In this document: piece by piece, positions 49,789 to 60,874 of the stretch
How positions within the stretch are numbered: position 1 is the first letter of the stretch
Layout of the letters: each line of letters opens with the position of its first letter
DNA from: a virus
IMG/VR virus record: IMGVR_UViG_3300045988_115158
Span: 10,702-74,701 of that record
Strand: one strand, 5' to 3'
Length of the DNA stretch: 64,000 nt
Made by a program: the position numbers and the translations under genes
Notes under the pieces: generated by a model
Database searches by the model: none
Told to the model about the DNA's origin: nothing
What the model saw: only the letters and a program-made list of their open reading frames with translations

Positions 49789-49825
49789 AAATCTTTTAGT
49801 CAGGGTTCGAATCCTTGTGGGAGAA
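49789..49825 (+). tRNA. amber suppressor tRNA-Gln(CUA), exon 2 (positions 36-72)
   Basis: AAA-tcttt-tagt-caggg-ttcgaat-ccttg-tgggaga-a. Stems pair with exon 1 (gaaga/tcttt, tctccta/tgggaga). Confidence 0.6.
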
Positions 49826-49826
49826 C

Positions 49827-50108
49827 ATGATAGCAGCAATTTATGAATTAAATGGTAAGATTTTAAAAACAACTAATCTTACTAAAAAATTAAAACGATT
49901 AAAATCAGAACCTAAGATTCTATTTCAATTAGAGAATGGAACAGAAGCTGATTTAGACCAATGGATTAAAGACAACCAAAATATAAATTCTAATTCAGAA
50001 GAAGATATAGAAATTAAAAAATATCATTATAGAAATCCAATTACAGGATATACAATGACTTCTATATATGATAATCTAGATGTTAATGGTTATATAAAAA
50101 TTGATTAA
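49827..50108 (+). CDS. hypothetical protein
   Basis: ORF starting at the ATG right after the tRNA 3' end. The ORF track started it at an upstream TTG. Confidence 0.4.
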   Translation: MIAAIYELNGKILKTTNLTKKLKRLKSEPKILFQLENGTEADLDQWIKDNQNINSNSEEDIEIKKYHYRNPITGYTMTSIYDNLDVNGYIKID

Positions 50109-50266
50109 TGACTAACAAAGAAGTAAAAGACTTAAAGTCTAAAATGAACAAAGTACTTAATGAAGTACAGTAGATTATTGATACTATAGGAGATAATGAT
50201 TTACAAGATAATCAATTAACTCTTGATTTTTGTGATAAGTTAAATGAATTATCTGTTACTTATTAA
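50108..50266 (+). CDS. small hypothetical protein containing one in-frame TAG
   Basis: MTNKEVKDLKSKMNKVLNEVQ(TAG)IIDTIGDNDLQDNQLTLDFCDKLNELSVTY, TAA stop. Confidence 0.35.
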
Positions 50267-50289
50267 TAAATATTTGGGGATGGATATTT

Positions 50290-50345
50290 ATTAATTTAAA
50301 AAAATAGCCGAGGCTTCTCATTTGAGAAACTTCGGCTATTGTGGT
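50290..50345. terminator. bidirectional rho-independent terminator between convergent units
   Basis: Two-tier hairpin agccgag..ttctca-tt-tgagaa..ctcggct. Flanked by an A-run on the plus strand and a T-run on the minus strand. Confidence 0.55.
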
Positions 50346-50392
50346 TTTAATTATTTTATATATAAAAAATTTCCTCCACCAGTATTTTGAGC

Positions 50393-51487
50393 ATCATACT
50401 CTAATAAATCATCTCTGGTAAATATTTTATCAAAGGTTCTTAATCCTGAATGATAAGTACCATTATCTAAAGTATATAAATCTACTGTTTTAACATTGTT
50501 TCTAGATTTCATAGCTTCTATCTCATCTCTAATATTATCTATACTTCCGGAAACTAAACGAACTTCTTTACCCGCCTATATAATTATTCTTCCTCCAGCT
50601 ATAGAACCATATTCATCAGTTCTATTATTATTAGCTAAGAAATTTAGTCTGTTATTTACTGATTTACCATTTACTATAGCATTTAATATAGGACTTTTTC
50701 TAGAACCATTAGAATTACTTTCCATGAATAATACATTATCTTTAGAATCTGTTTTGAAACCAGTAACTGTATTTTTAAATGTTGGAGAAATCATACTTCC
50801 ATTAGGAATATCTGAATATTTACCAAAAACAAATTTACCAATAGAATCTATACCTATATAATTCTAATTATTAGGAGATATACTTTCTTTAGATTTGAAA
50901 TTAGAAAAAGCAGTAATAGGAGCTGCTATACTATTTATAGGAGTATAATCACCTCTATTTCTATAACCAAAAGTATGCTTTGTTAAATTTATGGATTCTG
51001 GTATACGATATCTTCTAGAGTTTATTTTAGTAGTATCATTTATAGTATAACTATTTGGAGATATTTCTATTTCTAAATTTTCTCTCTTCTTATTTTTAGT
51101 TACTTTTTTATTAGGAATTTTAATTCTTTTACTAGTATGCTCAGGTTCTGAATCAAAAAATAACTATAGTTTTCTACTTAATCCATTTCCTACTAAATTA
51201 ATCAACTATTTACCACGTTCCCATATTGTTTCTTCTTTCTATTTAGGAGTAGATATTTTTTTAGCAGTAGGCATTTCTTTATATTTTGTAGGGTGGTATA
51301 CTAAGGTAGATGTTGGTTTAGTAGGATCTACTCCTTTAGCCTAAACCTATGGAAATATTATACTATTAGCTTTATCAGAATTAATTTTAAAAGGGACTTT
51401 ATTTGATTTTCTTCTACCATACAACTACCCATCTTCATACCAATAATCATATATTGAATCATTGTCAGTAATTATCTATACAGCCAT
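50393..51487 (-). CDS. late (structural?) protein, TAG-recoded (~364 aa)
   Basis: Continuous frame MAVQIITDNDSIYDYWYEDGQLYG...TRDDLLGV with about 12 in-frame TAG. TGA stop. Includes ORF-track fragment 50576-50794. Confidence 0.5.
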
Positions 51488-52520
51488 GGTGTTCTTACTA
51501 TTACTGGAGTTCCTAATTTATCTAATATTTTTAATCCTAATACAGCTTTACTGTCTAAATCATATGAACTCCATTTCTACTTATATTCATCAGGATTAAA
51601 CTTCCAAATATCTTGTGCTCTATATACTTTCTTACCATTAGATGTTCCTTCCTAAACTAGATGTCCAGCAGCATCAACTCCATTATCTCCAAAGTCTAGA
51701 TTATTATTAGCACCTTTCCAAGGAGTTTTATTAGTTATATTAGAAGCTTTCTACATAGGGTTCTTAGTAAAGAAATCTAAAGTTTCAGTATTTTCATATA
51801 CAGGAATATCTTTATATGGATATATCTTTCTTATATAATTCTCATGTGGACCATAATCTACATTTATTTTCTTTACTCCATAAGAAGGATTTATAGTTTT
51901 ATTATATAAATAAGCATCAATCATATCATTACCTTTAGCTGCTTTCTAAAATCCAGTATATGCTTCAGGAGCATAGGTATTGTAACCTACACCAGTTGAT
52001 ATATAAGACAATACTCCAGCATGCTTTTTAGGACTTGCTTTATGCATATTATATACTATGTCTTCTATAGGATTTGCATTATTAGAAGTTCTCATAGCTA
52101 CTTCTACTCCACGTTTTAAAGGAGCTTTTACAGCATATCCTATTGCAGGAAGCATTACTAAATAATTACTAGCTTTAGTTGGATTCTTAGATATATCTAA
52201 AGCACCTTTAGTATAATCATATACTGCCTAAGCAGCTGGAGCTAAAGCATAACCTATTCCTGAATTAACTAATGCTTTAATAGGACTAGTATTATTATTC
52301 CAACTATCTACTTCTCTAGCATAAGCTCCTTTTATAGGATGGGTTCTATTTCTATTACTATAATTATATAATTTAGAATGAGTATGTCCTCCCTATTTTA
52401 TAGTCCCTCTATTATCTACAAATACATCTTGTACCCCATTTAAAGTTCTAACTGGAATAGCTCTCTACTAATATTTAGCACCAAAATATGGAGATTTAAA
52501 TCTAGGATGATTTAGTCTAT
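51472..52520 (-). CDS. late protein, TAG-recoded; 5' end unresolved (possible -1 frameshift at TTTAAAT near 52495)
   Basis: Frame ...FKSPYFGAKYQQRAIPVRTLNG...MLPAIGYAVKAPLKRGVEVAMRT...PWLYR, TAA stop. No in-frame ATG for the first ~130 codons. An upstream ATG lies in the +1 frame. Confidence 0.4.
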
Positions 52521-52582
52521 TATAATATTCCATATCTATAGCCATCTATTTATTCCGAGTATTATTATTTACTCCTTTATTT

Positions 52583-52939
52583 TGTTTACTTTCATCTACT
52601 CTTGGCATATTTATGTTTTATATTATGGGTATAAGTTACATTATTGGAATAATCTATAAATTTCCAATCAAAAACATTTCCTATAAAACTCTCTAAAAGA
52701 GATTTTCCGTATTTATAATGATTATAATTCTTAAAATTATTTAAGTCTATATTATCTCTATAGTATTTTAATTGATTTTGTAATCTCCATACCTGAATAA
52801 TATACCTTCTAGTAGTTTCAGCCCATTGCTATAATTCAGGGTATTTATAATAATCTCTATCAAAATAATCTTTACTTAAATCAATACATCTATTATATAA
52901 ACTTTCATCTATTAATGTTCCTACTCTTCTTATAAACAT
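52583..52939 (-). CDS. late protein, TAG-recoded (~118 aa)
   Basis: MFIRRVGTLIDESLYNRCIDLSKDYFDRDYYKYPEL(Q)(Q)WAETTRRY...HKYAKSR. Start overlaps the upstream gene end. Confidence 0.45.
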
Positions 52940-53813
52940 AAGCACTTCCTATTATTGGAGTTAAACTTTTAAATATATCTAAATTATTCCAATCAATATG
53001 CATTGTTCCTTTTTCATCTATAATATTAGGATTAAATAGTATTGATTTTGTTGGAGTTTGATAAGTTCCAGTTTTAAGTAAGTAAACAGGTCCATTACTA
53101 ACGTTTTGCATATTAGGATTATGTTTATTCCATTGCCATTCTCCAAAATTTCCAAGTAATTCTTTATTTTTATATTTAGGATACATTTTAGATGTTTTTT
53201 CTGGAGACAATAATGTTTCCCCACTTACTACTCCTTTACCATTTAAAGATTTATTTACTTGAATAGCTGAATTAGTCATACGCTCTTGTATTCCTTTTTT
53301 AACTCCTTGAGATAAATTACGAACCATCCCTATATGGCTATATCCAGTTTTATTATTAGTTATCAAATCTATGTCTCCTATAATTTTATGGTTATCTATT
53401 CCCACAATTTTTGAATTACTACTGATAACTCCAGGCATATAATGCATATTATAACTATTTGGAGCAGTTTGTTTTATTAATCTTTGTCTTAAATTAAATG
53501 CAGTATTTAAATGGTCTGGTGTAATACCATTAGTAATAACTCCGTTCTGTCTTAATAATTTCAACTATTTTAACTACTAAGAATTAAATCTAAAATTTTT
53601 AATACCAGTTTTTGCAGGACTACTATTAATAAATTTAAAAAAATTAGAAGTTCTATTAATAGATCCACTAGGAGCAATTCCAGTAATTAAATGAGGATTT
53701 CTATCGTCTACAGAATGTATTATGGTATTATATAATGATATTAAAGGATTAGGATAATCCCCTCCAAACGGCATTTTATAATTATAATATTCTCCATTAA
53801 TTCCTCTTGGCAT
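52905..53813 (-). CDS. late protein, TAG-recoded (302 aa)
   Basis: Joins ORF-track fragments 53577-53813 and 52905-53564 through ...RFNS(Q)(Q)LK(Q)LKLLRQNG.... TGA stop. Confidence 0.55.
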
Positions 53814-53815
53814 AT

Positions 53816-54031
53816 TTATACTTTATTTTTCCATATACTAGTTATACTATCTATACCTAGTAATCCCATACAACAATATAAAACTGTATCTATCATATCA
53901 GGAGCTTGTATCTAACTAATAGAACAGTATATTAGAATAATTAAACTTACTATCCATCCTAATATTCCACACACTCTTTTACTACTTATTCCAGTATGCG
54001 CTGTTATTAATTTAATTAAAAACTATTTCAT
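53816..54031 (-). CDS. holin-like small membrane protein, TAG-recoded
   Basis: MK(Q)FLIKLITAHTGISSKRVCGILGWIVSLIILIYCSIS(Q)IQAPDMIDTVLYCCMGLLGIDSITSIWKNKV. Two TM helices. Next to the lytic transglycosylase region. Confidence 0.45.
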
Positions 54032-54034
54032 TGA

Positions 54035-54355
54035 TTAGCTTAGATAACTAAACCAACTATAATGTTTTCTATTACTTAGATAATCTAAATTATTCTAATT
54101 CTAATAAGCCTCTCTTTCAAAAGAAATATTTTTATAAGCTAATTTAGTATTTCTATATATAATTAATCTAATTAAATATTCTATTACATACCATAAATAA
54201 AAGAATATATATAACAATTCTTGCATCTACTTAGTATGTATAGTTTCATGGTTTATATCTATTTTATTTGGCATTCTTCTACAAAATAATATTCCAAATA
54301 AATTTATACATTTAAAACCTTTTGGAGGTAAGATATTATTTATAATTATTTTCAT
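54035..54355 (-). CDS. hydrophobic small protein, TAG-recoded
   Basis: MKIIINNILPPKGFKCINLFGILFCRRMPNKIDINHETIHTK(Q)MQELLYIFFYLWYVIEYLIRLIIY.... Confidence 0.4.
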
Positions 54356-54424
54356 TGTCTTAAATATTTATTCCATAACTATTTATCTCTTTCATTTATA
54401 AAATCTAAAAATTTTTGTAATTCC

Positions 54425-54946
54425 TCAATCTTTTCTGTCAAAATATACGTATCCATTATTATTTTTATTAGGTTTTAAATTAAATCCATTACCTTTAGTT
54501 TTAGTAATATACAATGTGGGAAGAACATTAGCCCCATCATAAACTATTTTAGTTCCACCATTATTATAGCCATAATCAGAACCTAAATAGTCCATAGTAT
54601 AATCTAAAGGCTAACCACTATTAGGTTTTATATATTGATCTTTACTTAAATAATATATTTTATTATCTCTACTCCAAGATTTATCTCCTAAATCTGGATA
54701 AGTCGGATGAGTTTTAGTTTTATAAGTCCCTGAAGCTCCTTTATCAGGAAAATGTCCAGTAGGAATATATCTATTCCAATTATGTGCTAAAATACTATTT
54801 AACTATAACCAAGCTACTATAGGTTGGTCATTATAGTATTTTCTATAATCGTAATGGTCTTTAGACAAATCTTGATTACCCCATGCCTAAGATAACTATT
54901 TACTCCAAATATTATAATTATTATTATTTATTTTTTGCATGTATAT
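54425..54946 (-). CDS. late protein, TAG-recoded (~172 aa)
   Basis: MQKINNNNYNIWSK(Q)LS(Q)AWGNQDL...GYVYFDRKD. Start overlaps the upstream stop. Confidence 0.45.
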
Positions 54947-55574
54947 CAATAATATTAGGTATAATCTAAATAGGTAACTATATTTTAGGACTTAATTTAG
55001 TAACATCATTTACTATTGTAGTATTTCTTTTAGCTACCTATTCTAAATAAGATCTATTTAATTCCTAGTTCAACTTAGATGTGAAGTATGAACCTTGGCT
55101 TGGTCGAACTCCTTTTTTAGCTAATTTTTTAGTAGCTTCTTTTTTCTACTAATTTAATACTACGTCAACTTGTCTCTTCCTCATAGCATTAACTCTTGGG
55201 GAACGATGTTTAGGGTAATAATCAGGTTTGTGTACGCTAGATCTAAGAAATCTAGAACCTCCTTTAGTTAAAGCTGTTGCAAATTTAGCTCCTAATATAT
55301 CTGCCCCAGTTTCTAAAGTATTCCATACAGCATTTCCAAAATTACTTGGAGATTCTTTAAAAGTCTTGTACCATCCTCTACCAGCTTGATACCCATCTAT
55401 AACTAAAGAAGGTAACTAGCCTACTCCAGCAATAATTCCTCCTATAGGAGTGTCTACAGCGGTAGTACTTATACCTGCACCTAGTCCTAAACTACCTAAA
55501 GATATAGCTGCCGCAGTAGGTTCCCATTTATCTGCTTGACGATCTAATTCTTCAAAAATTTCAGGCATTTCTAA
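54930..55574 (-). CDS. Gly/Ala-rich late protein, TAG-recoded (214 aa)
   Basis: MPEIFEELDRQADKWEPTAAAISLGSLGLGAGISTT...IDIHAKNK. ATG overlaps the upstream TGA. Confidence 0.5.
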
Positions 55575-56223
55575 ATTTATTTATATATTTTGCAACACTA
55601 GTACCATTAGCATCAGACCCTCCTGCAATACCATACTTATAATAATTTTTAGTCCATTTTGGATTTAACCATGATGCTGCTATAGCTTCTCCAGTAACTG
55701 CTATACCATTACTTCTTAAAAATCTTGCATTATCATCATATAATTGTGATGCAGCTAATACTTGTGCATCAGGACTATTTTTAAATTGTTCTCTAGATAA
55801 ATTAGAATATTTATTTCTAGTACTATCTATAAACTAAAAATATCCAGCAGCAGAACTATTTTTAGACTAAGCTTTAGGATTAAATCCTGATTCTAAAGAA
55901 GCTATCTTCATTAAAGTAGTTTTCTTGTTTCCAGTGATACCATATTTATCTAAAGTCTATTCTAGTACCTATTTATTTTTACTAGGTGTATTATGGTTTA
56001 ATTTAAGCTAGGTATGTTTATATTGTACAGGCTCTTTAGCTTTATTAATAGAAAAATATCCATCTAAATTTAAACCATTAATATGAAAATCTCCAGTATT
56101 TAATTCAGGAATGTACTAATATTGTTTAGGAGTAAAATCTAAATCTAAACCTTTACTTTTTAGTACTTCTGTAGCAGGTTTATCAGGAATATCTAAAGCT
56201 TCATATTTAAAATATTCACTCAT
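55567..56223 (-). CDS. lytic transglycosylase (SLT-domain) protein, TAG-recoded
   Basis: ...LMKIASLESGFNPKA(Q)SKNSSAAGYF(Q)FIDSTRNKY... has the ES...GYFQF SLT catalytic motif. 7 in-frame TAG, TGA stop. Confidence 0.55.
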
Positions 56224-56465
56224 AATTTTATCAAACCATTATGTATTTTAGAATGACAATTTTTACAAACACAAACTGTTTGAGATAATTCTTTAATAAA
56301 TAAATCTGTAGGTATATGACTTACAGCTTGTGATATATTAAATAATTTTTCTCCAGTATGGTGAAATTCTAAACAACACTTAGCTGATTCACCACATACT
56401 ATACATTGTGTTTTATGTTCATTTAAAATCTTTTTATTTTCTTTATAATATTTATTCTTACGCAT
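56220..56465 (-). CDS. small HNH endonuclease (standard code) embedded in the late operon
   Basis: CIVCGESAKCCLEFHHTGEK...CKNCHSKIHNG. Overlaps the stop of the upstream gene and the start of the downstream gene. Confidence 0.55.
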   Translation of the reverse strand: MRKNKYYKENKKILNEHKTQCIVCGESAKCCLEFHHTGEKLFNISQAVSHIPTDLFIKELSQTVCVCKNCHSKIHNGLIKL

Positions 56466-57222
56466 AACTAGAATAATTACCAGGCTAATTAAAATTAATT
56501 AAAGCTAATGGTCCTAATCCTTTAGTAGCTCTATAATAATTAATTCTTTTCTTTACTCCAGGTCTTGTAAGTAATAAATCTTTTCTGTAACCATTATAGC
56601 CTTTTTCAGAGTTATACATGTACTTAGCATTTTTTTGTATTCCATCATAATACTACTAAAAATTCTAGGCTTTAAGTGAGTCTGGATACATTCTACTATG
56701 CCAATTAATTAGATGGTCTGCAAAAGATTGTGCATTAGGATATTTTTTATTATCTCCAGTAGCGAATCCAGTCCAACCTTTTTCTGCAACCTTTTGATTA
56801 GTTAAATCTAAAGCTGCCTGTGGGGTAACTCCTTTATCTACTAAAGCTTGATATATCTAAGTCACATTATTATATTGACTTCTAGTTCCAGGTATCTTAC
56901 CTGCTAACTACATTTTAAGAATAGTGCCTCCATTAGCATGTTTCCATTTAACAGAATTTCTAGCAAAATTAGCCCGACGTCTTTGTAAAGGAGTAGCATT
57001 AGGATTATTTAATACAGATTTAGCATGTTCCTATACAGATTCTCCGGCTGCTTTAGCTGAGGCAGTAAACTTACCCTTATTTTTATCTTTTATATGGATA
57101 GTATCTTTTCTATCTTTTATCTATCCGCCTTTCTTTAGTTTATTTATAAAACTAAATTGATTTTTAATCTTAAAATCCTAATAGGCAGAACAAATTCTTT
57201 CTTGTAATTCAGAATTAGTCAT
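56458..57222 (-). CDS. late protein, TAG-recoded (~254 aa), first gene of minus late block
   Basis: MTNSELQERICSAY(Q)DFKIKN...INFN(Q)PGNYSSYA with about 9 in-frame TAG, TAA stop. Confidence 0.5.
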
Positions 57223-57384
57223 AATGTAATAAATAAGATTAAAATACTTTTGAATATAAATAATCTATATATATACTTAAATAGTACAAAATAATAATAA
57301 CTTTACCTATTAAATATAGTAATAATGTTATTATAGATAACATATATATAAATATTACTTATAGTAATATGAAAAAAAATTATA

Positions 57385-58080
57385 ATGGTTATTTTAGATT
57401 ATTTAAAAAAATTATGGAATTTTATTTCCAACTTAACTTCAGAAACTAAAACTATAGTTATTTTTATATTATTAATATTTATACTAAATCCAATTCCTAG
57501 AAGTTATTATGAAAAAACTCTTTCTAATGTTATGAAACAATAGAAAGAAGAATTACGTAAAGAAGAAGATAATGGATTTAAACAAGCTCCTTATATAGCT
57601 TAGTGTGTTGATAATATAAAAATAAAAGATCCTGATTGCAGTAATGTTTTGCTATTAAGTTATCATAATACTAAGCATAGCTTACAGGGTTTTAGTTATA
57701 TTTATTTAGATTGTATAAGAGAAAGTGTAAAATCATATTCTGATGAATATGTCGGAGATTATTGGTAGACTTTATAGTATACTAATTACCAAGAAGAATT
57801 AAGTAAAATTGATGATACTGCTTATTTAAGAGTTGATAGTCTTCCTCAAATTAAAAACACTCTCCCTAGATTATATAAAAAGTTAGAATAGAGTGGGGCA
57901 TACTCAGCTGCTTTTTATCCTATAGAAGGAGTTAGAAATCCTATAGGAATAATAGTAGTTTTGTATAAATAGCCTAAACAATATGAGTTAGGTTATTATA
58001 ATACAGTTATTTCTCCACAAATTCAACGATTATCTACAATACTTGATGATACTGTAAATGGCAATGACAATGAAGATTGA
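57385..58080 (+). CDS. membrane-anchored late protein, TAG-recoded (231 aa)
   Basis: N-terminal TM (TIVIFILLIFIL). 7 in-frame TAG, TGA stop. Confidence 0.5.
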
Positions 58081-58975
58081 TAAAGAAAATGATGGAGTAG
58101 CTTTCAATGATTCTGCTCACGCTTACTGGGATATTAATAATCCAAAGAAAGAGTATATCTCAGTAACTACCTTAATAGGAAGTTATGCACAACCTTTTGA
58201 TTCAGATTTTTGGTCTAAGTACAAAGCTTTAGAAAAAATTCTAGATACAGATGTATGGAAAGATTTAAAAAAGACTTTACTTAATACTCATAGAATTACT
58301 GAAGAAATTTTAGAGGCTTATTCTGTAGACATTAATGACCTTAATAAAGAACAACAAAATATTCTTGATGCTTGGGACAAAAAGAAAATAGAGTCCTGTG
58401 AGAGAGGAACAAAAATTCACTCTCAATTAGAGCATTCTTTTTATAATATGAAGGATGATAAGCCTTTACAGAAATTTGGATTAGGAGGTAAATTTATATG
58501 TAAAGAGGGATATACTAAATTAGACTTAGAAAATGGTGTATATCCTGAGTATTTAATTTCCTGGTCTACTCCTGATAATGTTTTAAACTTAGCAGGACAG
58601 ATAGACCTTATGATTAAATCTGGTAATGATATCGTATTAGCAGATCATAAGACTAATGAAAAAATAGACTTAAAAGGAGGATTTAATGTAAATACTCGGA
58701 GTACCGCTAAGATGCAATATCCTTTAAACACTATAGAAGATTCGAATTATGGGCATTATGAGATGCAACTTTCTACTTATGCATTTATGCTTCAACAGAG
58801 ACATCCAGAATACGTAATTAAAGATTTAATTCTTAATCATTATGATCATAATATGAAAAATACTCTATATCATTGTATTTATCGAAAAGATGAAGTAAAA
58901 CGTATGCTTGCTGATTATTATAAAAAGAAAAAACAACAATTAAAAGCAGCGAGACGTAAACCTATCGTATATTAA
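58058..58975 (+). CDS. PD-(D/E)xK exonuclease (RecB/YqaJ/Cas4-like)
   Basis: ERGTKIHSQLE, IVLADHKTNEK (D-x-K-T), YEMQLSTYAFML (QxxxY). Confidence 0.55.
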   Translation: MAMTMKIDKENDGVAFNDSAHAYWDINNPKKEYISVTTLIGSYAQPFDSDFWSKYKALEKILDTDVWKDLKKTLLNTHRITEEILEAYSVDINDLNKEQQNILDAWDKKKIESCERGTKIHSQLEHSFYNMKDDKPLQKFGLGGKFICKEGYTKLDLENGVYPEYLISWSTPDNVLNLAGQIDLMIKSGNDIVLADHKTNEKIDLKGGFNVNTRSTAKMQYPLNTIEDSNYGHYEMQLSTYAFMLQQRHPEYVIKDLILNHYDHNMKNTLYHCIYRKDEVKRMLADYYKKKKQQLKAARRKPIVY

Positions 58976-58976
58976 T

Positions 58977-59249
58977 ATGAAATTACCTATTGCTTAGATT
59001 ATAGAAGGTCATGCTAAAGAAGCCCTAGGGTTAGATACTGATATTTCTGAAGCTAGATTAAAAATCTGTCATAGATGCCCGTTATTTAGTAACGCTCTAG
59101 GCGGAATGTGTAATAGTAGATTATGGTTAAATGTAGAAACGGGAGATGTGAGTACAAATGCACGACCAGGTTATCAAAATGGTTGTGGATGCCTATTGCG
59201 AAATAAGATTATGCTTGTAAACGCTCATTGTCCAGTGGATAAATGGTAA
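58977..59249 (+). CDS. small Cys-rich (zinc-ribbon-like) protein with one TAG; paralog of 59961-60089
   Basis: MKLPIA(Q)IIEG...CHRCPLF...CNS...CGCLLRNKIMLVNAHCPVDKW. Confidence 0.4.
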
Positions 59250-59272
59250 AAATTTAAAATGAAGTATGAATT

Positions 59273-59896
59273 ATGTGTGAATGTTCAGTGGAAAATTGTC
59301 ATAATAAAGTAATGGCAAAAGGATTATGTAGTAAACATTATTCTCAATTAAGAAAACATGGTAAAATATTTAAATATTCTAGTAAAGATAAAACAAATCA
59401 TATAGAAATTTTAGAAGACCATGCTGAAATATTTTTAATAGATAAAAACAATGAAATTTGTGCAAAAGCTTTAATAGATTTAGATGATGTAGATAAAGTA
59501 AAAAATATTAAATGGCATAGAAGTGAATTACAACGTAGTACTTACTATTGTTTATCAAATGATTCAAAACGGAAACGTATTCATAGGTTAATTATGGGAG
59601 TTACTGATAAAAATATTGTAGTAGATCATATTAATCATAATGGATTAGATAATAGGAAAAGTAACTTACGAATTTGTACTAATAGTCAAAATATTTGTAA
59701 TTGTCTAACTCCTAAAAATAATAAATCAGGATATAAGGGAGTTTATTGGTCTGAAGAGCGTAAAAAATGGTGTGCACAAATATCTATTAATAATAAAACT
59801 AAAGGTCTTGGAAGATATGATACTATAGAAGAAGCTATTGAGGCTCGTAAAAAAGCAGCTAAAGAATATTATGGAGAATTTGCCAATGAAGATTAA
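59273..59896 (+). CDS. HNH-AP2 homing endonuclease
   Basis: HNH: VVDHINHNGLDNRKSNLRICTNSQN. AP2-like: GYKGVYWSEERKKWCAQISINNKTKGLGRYDTIEEA. Confidence 0.6.
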   Translation: MCECSVENCHNKVMAKGLCSKHYSQLRKHGKIFKYSSKDKTNHIEILEDHAEIFLIDKNNEICAKALIDLDDVDKVKNIKWHRSELQRSTYYCLSNDSKRKRIHRLIMGVTDKNIVVDHINHNGLDNRKSNLRICTNSQNICNCLTPKNNKSGYKGVYWSEERKKWCAQISINNKTKGLGRYDTIEEAIEARKKAAKEYYGEFANED

Positions 59897-59960
59897 ACAC
59901 ATTTTTATAGGCATTTATAACTATATATTTAACTATAATAAAAAGATATCTACACAAAGA

Positions 59961-60089
59961 ATGTTAATATGTGAAAAATGTTAGTATAAACTAATATTAG
60001 ATAATTATAAATTTTGTGATATATGTGGATGTTCTCTAATATTAAAAACTACTGTTAGAGAAGAGCATTGTCCTGTAAATAAATGGTAA
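59961..60089 (+). CDS. small Cys-rich protein with one TAG; paralog of 58977-59249
   Basis: MLICEKC(Q)YKLILDNYKFCDICGCSLILKTTVREEHCPVNKW. C-terminus near-identical to the upstream paralog. Confidence 0.4.
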
Positions 60090-60090
60090 T

Positions 60091-60672
60091 ATGAATAAAG
60101 ACAGAGCAATTTTTAATCAGAATGAAAAATTAGCCATGACAGTTAATGGCTTAGAAAGTGGTGGTATGCACTTTAATGTTAATGAGAAACAAGCAGATGA
60201 TTTAGTAAAGAATGAAGCTATTAGTAAGTTTAATACTCAAGTAGATGAATATGTAAATCGTTTTGAAGAACATGCTAAAGCTTTAGAGAAAGCCGTTGAA
60301 GAATTTACTATGTCATCTAAAGCTGAGATTAGACCTATTGGTAATTATATTATTATAAAACCTTTTGCTGAGAATCCTTTTCAACGTATTAAAAAGGTTG
60401 GCGGACTTATCATTGATTTAGGAGGTCAAAAACCTCAATATAAAAATAATGATAATGGCGAAATTGAGGAAGAAGAGAATATTACCAAATCAGGAGTAAT
60501 TGTAGAGGTAGGTCCTGAATGTAAATGGGCACAGATAGGAGATTGTGTATTCTATCCTAGAACTAGTATTATTCCAGTGCCTTTCTATAAACAAGGCTTA
60601 GAGCTTGTAAATGAAGCAAGATTAATAGCAATAGTAAATGATAATTTAACAGAGAGATTCAATGGAAGATAA
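60091..60672 (+). CDS. GroES/gp31-like co-chaperonin fold protein
   Basis: IRPIGNYIIIKP...GGLIIDLG...SGVIVEVGPE...GDCVFYPR...LIAIV matches the Cpn10 mobile-loop/beta-barrel pattern. Confidence 0.45.
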   Translation: MNKDRAIFNQNEKLAMTVNGLESGGMHFNVNEKQADDLVKNEAISKFNTQVDEYVNRFEEHAKALEKAVEEFTMSSKAEIRPIGNYIIIKPFAENPFQRIKKVGGLIIDLGGQKPQYKNNDNGEIEEEENITKSGVIVEVGPECKWAQIGDCVFYPRTSIIPVPFYKQGLELVNEARLIAIVNDNLTERFNGR

Positions 60673-60874
60673 AATATATTTCCAACCAGGTGAGGTTGTT
60701 ACTTTAAAGTAGGACATTGGAAATGTTCCTAAGATGCTAGTAGTTAAAAAAGTAACTACTGTATTTAAAAATAAAGATACTGATGTATTAATTGGAATAA
60801 AGTGTAGATGGTTTACTACAGATGGAGTTTTGTAGGAAGCTGTGTTTAACACTAAGGATTTAATTAAATTATAA
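60662..60874 (+). CDS. small late protein, TAG-recoded
   Basis: MEDKIYFQPGEVVTLK(Q)DIGNVPKMLVVKKV...GVL(Q)EAVFNTKDLIKL. Confidence 0.4.
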
